A model generated the notes under the pieces. It was not told where the DNA came from, ran no database searches, and worked only from the letters and a program-made list of their open reading frames with translations. From assembly GCA_903845085.1 (NCBI GenBank), contig CAIMWD010000043.1, positions 1 to 42,607 on the forward strand: a stretch of 42,607 nucleotides of DNA, read 5' to 3'. Below are positions 37,255-42,607 of the stretch, in pieces; position 1 is the stretch's first letter; each line of letters begins with the position of its first letter. Origin of the DNA: an uncultured Acidimicrobiaceae bacterium. GTDB lineage: Bacteria > Actinomycetota > Acidimicrobiia > Acidimicrobiales > Bog-793. The position numbers were made by a program, and so were the translations under genes.

Positions 37255-39008
37255 CACCCCCGACGAACCGCCCGTCGCGTGCAGCGCACACGAGGCAGCG
37301 TCATCTTGGTCGCTCTGCGGCGCTCTCTGCAGGTGGAACGATACTTTCCCGTTTTACGGGGCTCCTTCGACTGATCGTCATCGCCTACACACTCGGCTCC
37401 GCGAACCTTGCCGATGCCTTCAACCTCTCCAACAACACCCCCAATATGATCCACGACCTCGTGTTGGGTGGAGTACTTGCGGCTACCTTCGTCCCTGTCT
37501 TCGTCGATCGCCTTGCAAAGGTCTCACGCACGGAGGCGGCGGCATCAATTTCCACGGTGCTCACGCTCTCGCTCATCGTGTTGTCTATCGCCACGGTGCT
37601 ATTTGAACTCTTGGCACCGGCGATCATCGATCTCTACACCGTCGGTCTCCACGACCTTGCCGAAAGAGCCGTCGCCGTGGAGCTTCTACGACTCTTCGCA
37701 CCACAGCTTCTCTTCTATGGCGCGATCAGCCTTATAACTGCGGTGCTCGCCACTCAAGACCGATTCGCACTCGCCGGCATCGTGCCGGTCATTAACAACG
37801 TGGTCGGCATCGTGGTACTCGCCAGCTTCGCTGCACTTGCGCACACCGCAAGCGCGCAGGGCGCTACTCAGCACCAATCGCTGCTCATCTTCTTAGGGGT
37901 GGGCACGACGTTGGGCGTTGCGCTACAAGCCGTTGCGCTCCTCCCCTCACTTCGGCGGTGCGGACTTGGACTACACCTCCGATTTCGCTCCGGCGATCCT
38001 GCAGTCGCAATGGTGGTCTCACTTTCCAGTTGGACCTTGGGTTTTGTTGTCGCCAACCAGGCCGCCGTCTTTATTGTGATGGCGCTCGCTGCGCACCTCG
38101 GTGCCGTGAGCATTTACACCTACGCGTTTACCTTCTTCCAGATGCCGTTTGCGATCGCGGCGACCTCGATTATCGCTGTAGCCACTCCCGAGATCGCCCG
38201 TGCCCATGTGCAGGGAGATCGCTCGCTTGTTGGTACACGTTTTGGCCGTGCCACGGCCCAGGTGCTTACCGTGATTCTTCCCGCAACCGTTGGCTACCTG
38301 CTTCTCGGACGTGCTGCGATGACCCTCGTGTTACGACACGGCCATCTCAGCGCAAGCGGTGCCCACCTCACCGGCTCCGTGCTCATCGATTTCTCATTAG
38401 GCCTTCCAGCATTTTGTCTCTTCTTTCTCGCAACCCGGACCTTTCAGGCAATCCATGAGCCACGGACAACTTTTCTGCTCTATCTGCTCGAAAATGGCAC
38501 CAACATCGTGCTCGCCTTCGTACTCTTTCATCGATTTGGCGTCCAAGGGCTTGCACTCTCTTACTCCATCGCCTACACACTCGCCGCCGCCGTTGCCATC
38601 GTCTTGCTCCGAAAACGACTCGGGACGATCGGCGGTACGGCAATACGGCAATCGGTCCTTCGCGCCGTAGGACTAAGTATCGTGATGGCGTTTGTCGTTG
38701 CCTTTGTCGTTGCTGTACTTGGTATTGGGAGTGGTCTTGGCGGCTGGGTAAAGATGGCACTCGCCGTTATCGCCGGTCTGGGTGCCTATCTCATTGGCGC
38801 GGGAGTTGCCTCAGCTATTGAGGCTCGGCGAGCACCGAAACATGCCGTACCAGCGGTGCGAAACGCCACCGTGGTACCGATGGCGAACTACCAGAGGGGG
38901 TCCATTGCGGATAGGAATCGTGACCGACAGCTCAAGCGACTTGCCCCCGTCCGTCTTCGCGCACGCGGACGCTATCTGCGTTCCACTCGACGTCCGCCTT
39001 GGCGATAG
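37251..39008 (+). CDS. murJ: Lipid II flippase MurJ (MviN)
   Basis: GTILSRFTGLLRLIVIAYTLG...LADAFNLSNNTPNMIHDLVLGGVL is the canonical MurJ N-terminus. About 14 TM segments. The basic C-terminal tail overlaps degV. Confidence 0.9.
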   Translation: MTPPTNRPSRAAHTRQRHLGRSAALSAGGTILSRFTGLLRLIVIAYTLGSANLADAFNLSNNTPNMIHDLVLGGVLAATFVPVFVDRLAKVSRTEAAASISTVLTLSLIVLSIATVLFELLAPAIIDLYTVGLHDLAERAVAVELLRLFAPQLLFYGAISLITAVLATQDRFALAGIVPVINNVVGIVVLASFAALAHTASAQGATQHQSLLIFLGVGTTLGVALQAVALLPSLRRCGLGLHLRFRSGDPAVAMVVSLSSWTLGFVVANQAAVFIVMALAAHLGAVSIYTYAFTFFQMPFAIAATSIIAVATPEIARAHVQGDRSLVGTRFGRATAQVLTVILPATVGYLLLGRAAMTLVLRHGHLSASGAHLTGSVLIDFSLGLPAFCLFFLATRTFQAIHEPRTTFLLYLLENGTNIVLAFVLFHRFGVQGLALSYSIAYTLAAAVAIVLLRKRLGTIGGTAIRQSVLRAVGLSIVMAFVVAFVVAVLGIGSGLGGWVKMALAVIAGLGAYLIGAGVASAIEARRAPKHAVPAVRNATVVPMANYQRGSIADRNRDRQLKRLAPVRLRARGRYLRSTRRPPWR

Positions 39009-39747
39009 TGATCCCAAGGAGCTCGCCTCGCTCACCGGCGAAGAGTTCTGGAGACGCGTCGCAGAAAGTGATTCCCTACCGACGACCGCAGCACCCTCTC
39101 CCGGGGATTTTGTCGCCGCATTTACCGCTCTTCACGACCAGGGTTGCGACGCAACTATCTGCATCACCATCTCCTCAGAGCTCTCTGCGACCCATCAGTC
39201 AGCCACTATTGGTGCGCGCGAGTCCGGGCTCGACGTTGCGGTCATCGATTCACGTACTGCAACGATGGGACAGGGGCTACTCGTCCTCGAGGCCATGGCA
39301 GCGCGTTCCACGAGGAACTCACCTGTGGATCTTCTCGAGCATCTACTCGCCGAGCGCGAGCTCATCAGCACCTTTGGCACACTAGAAAACCTGGAGAGCC
39401 TTCGACGTGGGGGACGCATCGGCGGAGCACAGGCGTTTGTTGGCACGCTGTTGTCGATTAAGCCGGTGATTGAGGTTCGTGATGGTCGCGTCGAGGGTGA
39501 ATCGCGTCAGCGCACTCGCGCAAGATCGCTCAGCTATCTGGCGGCAAAGATCCGTGAGGCAGGACCCCTGAAACGTCTCGCCGTCGTCCACGCAGGGGCC
39601 GATGATGTCGGCGATCTGATCAGCCTCATCGGTAACATCCCAGTTGATGAACCACTGACAATCTCCATAATGGGACCGGTGATCGGAGCACACACCGGCA
39701 TCGGAACGATCGCTATCGCTCTCGAACGTCTTCACGGCGATCGATAG
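38905..39747 (+). CDS. DegV-family fatty-acid-binding protein
   Basis: IGIVTDSSSDLP N-terminal motif, ISSELSATHQSA, GGRIG. The conserved N-terminus forces a start at or before 38911. The TTG at 38905 follows AGAGGGGG. Confidence 0.8.
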   Translation: MRIGIVTDSSSDLPPSVFAHADAICVPLDVRLGDSDPKELASLTGEEFWRRVAESDSLPTTAAPSPGDFVAAFTALHDQGCDATICITISSELSATHQSATIGARESGLDVAVIDSRTATMGQGLLVLEAMAARSTRNSPVDLLEHLLAERELISTFGTLENLESLRRGGRIGGAQAFVGTLLSIKPVIEVRDGRVEGESRQRTRARSLSYLAAKIREAGPLKRLAVVHAGADDVGDLISLIGNIPVDEPLTISIMGPVIGAHTGIGTIAIALERLHGDR

Positions 39748-39806
39748 TTCATCGCGATCGCCGAAGGGGCGACACGTTGGTTCGAGGAATTGTCTAACCT
39801 CGTGAA

Positions 39807-40139
39807 ATGGCACACCCCGAAGACACAGAGGGTCAGGGCGAGAGCTTGACCGATCAGCTCAACAGCTGGATCCGCGGATGGATCGACAATGTGCACGACC
39901 ACACGATCCGACCATTGCTCATCGCCATCCGTGGACTCATTATGGGTACGCTCGCTGTCATCATCGGCCTCGCTGTCGTTGCGATGATCTGCATTGGACT
40001 CATCCGACTCTTTGATGTCGAAGTGTTCTCCGGACGAGTTTGGGCGACCGATCTCCTCTTTGGAGCGCTATTTCTCCTGATCGGCGCAATTCTTTTGCGC
40101 CGCATCCGCCCACGAAAGGATCTTCATGCCGGGCGTTGA
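39807..40139 (+). CDS. Small two-TM membrane protein (110 aa)
   Basis: ORF with two clear hydrophobic helices, LIMGTLAVIIGLAVVAMICIGLI and LLFGALFLLIGAILL. It overlaps the trxB start by 14 nt. No family recognised. Confidence 0.5.
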   Translation: MAHPEDTEGQGESLTDQLNSWIRGWIDNVHDHTIRPLLIAIRGLIMGTLAVIIGLAVVAMICIGLIRLFDVEVFSGRVWATDLLFGALFLLIGAILLRRIRPRKDLHAGR

Positions 40140-41091
40140 GCCACGCGAAGTCATCATTATTGGCTCTGGACCTGCAGGTTTGACCGCAGCGATCTACTGT
40201 GCGCGCGCAGACCTTCACCCGCTCGTTCTCGAGGGAGAGCCCTCCTCCAACTCCGATCAGCCCGGAGGACAGCTCATGCTGACAACGGAGATCGAGAACT
40301 TTCCCGGATTTATCGAGGGCATCATGGGTCCCGAGCTCATGGCGAACTTCCGCGCTCAGGCACAGCGATTTGGCGCAGAGATCGAGACCGTCAAAGTGAG
40401 CCGCGTGGACCTTACGGAGCGGCCGTTCAAAGTGTGGGTTGGCGATCCCTCGCAGTCGGATCCGACGTACTCTGCACACTCGATCATCGTCGCGACGGGC
40501 GCCCGTTCGCTCATGCTCAACGTTCCAGGGGAGAGCGAACTACTCGGGCATGGCGTCTCGACCTGCGCGACCTGTGACGGATTTTTCTTTCGTAACCAAC
40601 CTATTGCCGTCATTGGAGGTGGCGACTCCGCAGTTGAGGAGGCGCTCTTCCTTGCGAAGTTTGCGAGTTCGGTGACGCTTATTCACCGACGTGGCGAGCT
40701 CCGGGCATCAAAGATCATGCAGGATCGCGCACGCGCACACGAGAAGATCTCCTTTCTCTGGAACTCGGTCGTCACCGAGGTAATCGGCGACAGCAGGTTA
40801 CGTGGTCTCTCGCTGCGCAATACGGTGACCGGCGAGACCTCTACCCTCGAAGTGGGTGGTTGCTTCATCGCTATCGGTCACTCTCCAAATACCGACCTCT
40901 TTCGCGGTCAACTTAACCTCGACGATGCCGGTTATCTCCTTACCCATGAGGGTTCGCGCACAAACATCGCGGGCGTCTTCGCCTGCGGAGATGTCCAGGA
41001 TTCGAACTACCGTCAGGCGATCACCGCCGCAGGTTCGGGGTGCATGGCGGCGATCGACGCCGAGCGCTACCTGGAGGGTGTCAGTGTCTGA
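40126..41091 (+). CDS. trxB: Thioredoxin-disulfide reductase
   Basis: IIIGSGPAGLTAAIY FAD motif, redox centre CATCDG, NADPH motif GGGDSAVEEA, C-terminal GDV...QA..AAGSGC. Confidence 0.96.
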   Translation: MPGVEPREVIIIGSGPAGLTAAIYCARADLHPLVLEGEPSSNSDQPGGQLMLTTEIENFPGFIEGIMGPELMANFRAQAQRFGAEIETVKVSRVDLTERPFKVWVGDPSQSDPTYSAHSIIVATGARSLMLNVPGESELLGHGVSTCATCDGFFFRNQPIAVIGGGDSAVEEALFLAKFASSVTLIHRRGELRASKIMQDRARAHEKISFLWNSVVTEVIGDSRLRGLSLRNTVTGETSTLEVGGCFIAIGHSPNTDLFRGQLNLDDAGYLLTHEGSRTNIAGVFACGDVQDSNYRQAITAAGSGCMAAIDAERYLEGVSV

Positions 41092-41212
41092 CGCGGAAAA
41101 CTCACTAGGGTAGGTAAAGGGTTTACGCACTTCGGAATGGAAACGTCCTGCGTGGCGTTACATCTAATGCCCCAGATTCTCGATTCGAGGGGCTAGTCGC
41201 CAAGGAGGCAAC

Positions 41213-41539
41213 GTGTCAGCATCAACTATCACGATTACGGATAACACCTTTGATGAGCAGATCGCCAGCTCGAGCACACCAGTCCTCGTTGACTTCTGGG
41301 CAGAGTGGTGTGGGCCATGCAAGATGGTTGCCCCTATTCTCGACGAGATTGCAACGGAGCAGTCCTCTCGCGTCACCATCGGCAAATTGAATGTCGATGA
41401 CAACATCCGCACCGCGCAACGCTTCGAGGTGATGAGCATCCCAACGATGATCCTGTTCAAAGATGGTGAAGCGGTCATGCGCATCGTAGGAGCGAAGTCG
41501 AAGTCCGCTCTCCTCGCGGACATCGAAGCGCACCTCTAG
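41213..41539 (+). CDS. trxA: Thioredoxin
   Basis: VLVDFWAEWCGPCKM active site, IPT cis-Pro region. GTG start with AAGGAGG RBS at 41199-41205. Confidence 0.95.
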   Translation: MSASTITITDNTFDEQIASSSTPVLVDFWAEWCGPCKMVAPILDEIATEQSSRVTIGKLNVDDNIRTAQRFEVMSIPTMILFKDGEAVMRIVGAKSKSALLADIEAHL

Positions 41540-41569
41540 ACCTCTCGCGGGTCGCCAAAAGAAATCATC

Positions 41570-42589
41570 ATGGCCTCGGAGCAGCGCGATCTGCCCTTAC
41601 ACCTCCAAGACGCGCTGCCCCTCGTGCCAGGGACATCTGGAGATTCCGTTCTTGACCTGCAGTTTCGTCTTGCTGAAGTCGATCTGCCCTGCTCCGACTC
41701 ACCCGGCGACTACGGCCCAGCCACGGAGGCTGCAATCCAGCAATTTCAGGAGCGTCGTGGTCTAGCGGTAACCGGATGCTGTGACCGACGCACCTGGTCG
41801 GCTCTGGTTGAGGCAGGTTACGACCTCGGTGACCGTCTGCTCTATCGCCGTGATCCGATGCTACGTGGTGATGACGTCGCTGATCTCCAACGCCGCCTCT
41901 CTATCCTTGGGTTCGACTCGGGACGCATCGATGGCATCTTTGGTAACGAGACCGCGGAGGCGCTCAAGGACTTTCAACGCAACGCTGGTCTACCGATTGA
42001 CGGCATGTGTGGTCCCCGTACCTTGGCCGACCTTGCGCGAGTCCAGGCCCCCGAGGGTGGTGGTGATCCAGTCTCGAACCTCCGCGAACGACTCCAAGTA
42101 CAGGAGACCGGGAATCGTACGCTCGCAGCGCGTGAGTTCGCTATCGGCGAGATCGGAGGATTTTCGAGTGGTGTCGTCGCTATCTGTCGCAGTCTGCGGC
42201 TTGCCGGTGCCCGTGCCCTCGAGCTGCACGACCCCAGCCCCTCACGACAGGCGGTGGCGGCGAACACTGCCAACGTCGATGCGTTCATCTCGATCCGAAT
42301 CACGCCCGAGCGCACGAGTTGCACGACCGCTTTCTACGCCGGGTTTCATTACGAATCTGTTACAAGTCGTCGATTAGCGGAGCTGGTCCAGGAGAGACTT
42401 CCCGGCACACTCGGCCTTGATGACGGTGGCATCTGCGGGATGGCGCTGCCAATTCTTCGCGAGACTCGGATGCCGGCAATCGAGATCCAACTGGGCTCGC
42501 CAGCCGTAATTATCCAACAGACAACGGCGCTCGCGCGTGTCATTGTGACCTCGCTGGGTGCATGGGTCGACCTGAGCTTCAATAACTAA
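41570..42589 (+). CDS. cwlM: CwlM-like N-acetylmuramoyl-L-alanine amidase (two PG_binding_1 repeats plus an Amidase_3 domain)
   Basis: Two repeats of the pattern D..V..LQ..L..LG......DG.FG..T..A...FQ...GL...G.....T. The C-terminal Amidase_3-like region includes RETRMPAIEIQLG. Its position after trxB-trxA matches the CwlM context. Confidence 0.85.
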   Translation: MASEQRDLPLHLQDALPLVPGTSGDSVLDLQFRLAEVDLPCSDSPGDYGPATEAAIQQFQERRGLAVTGCCDRRTWSALVEAGYDLGDRLLYRRDPMLRGDDVADLQRRLSILGFDSGRIDGIFGNETAEALKDFQRNAGLPIDGMCGPRTLADLARVQAPEGGGDPVSNLRERLQVQETGNRTLAAREFAIGEIGGFSSGVVAICRSLRLAGARALELHDPSPSRQAVAANTANVDAFISIRITPERTSCTTAFYAGFHYESVTSRRLAELVQERLPGTLGLDDGGICGMALPILRETRMPAIEIQLGSPAVIIQQTTALARVIVTSLGAWVDLSFNN

Positions 42590-42607
42590 CCCACAACTTC
42601 ATGCACA

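Overview
High-GC (roughly 60%) actinobacterial chromosomal segment. Gene content and order look like a core region of Actinomycetota, possibly an Acidimicrobiia-like lineage, but the taxon cannot be proven from the sequence. About 45 protein genes are densely packed on both strands. I found no rRNA, tRNA or CRISPR array. Recognisable blocks, left to right: a circularly permuted ATP-grasp gene with a poly-Q tail; a divergent 4-gene cassette of one small unknown protein plus three paralogous double-YbjQ/DUF74 proteins; amidohydrolase, SDR and a GT39-like membrane glycosyltransferase; a cobalamin-riboswitch-controlled BtuFCD-type ABC importer; an MMPL transporter; gpmI; a GNAT; DUF3039; an NTF2-like gene with ApbE; a 970-aa polytopic membrane protein of unknown function; an OmpR/HK two-component pair; dnaB and the rpsF-ssb-rpsR-rplI operon; panB; DUF5318, PadR and ino1; a type IV pilin-like gene split by an in-frame TAG; cca; an HDAC-family gene; an Rv3909-like protein; murJ; degV; and trxB-trxA-cwlM. 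The best candidate for an undescribed system is the translationally coupled YbjQ-triplet cassette (1934-4888). The split modular pilin (31472-32440) is second. Several short tandem repeats are unusual for a high-GC bacterial genome: (CT)n, a hexamer array encoding Q12, a 16-bp array and a heptamer array. All family assignments come from motif recognition by eye. No HMM or BLAST search was run, and start codons were chosen from RBS and overlap logic only.
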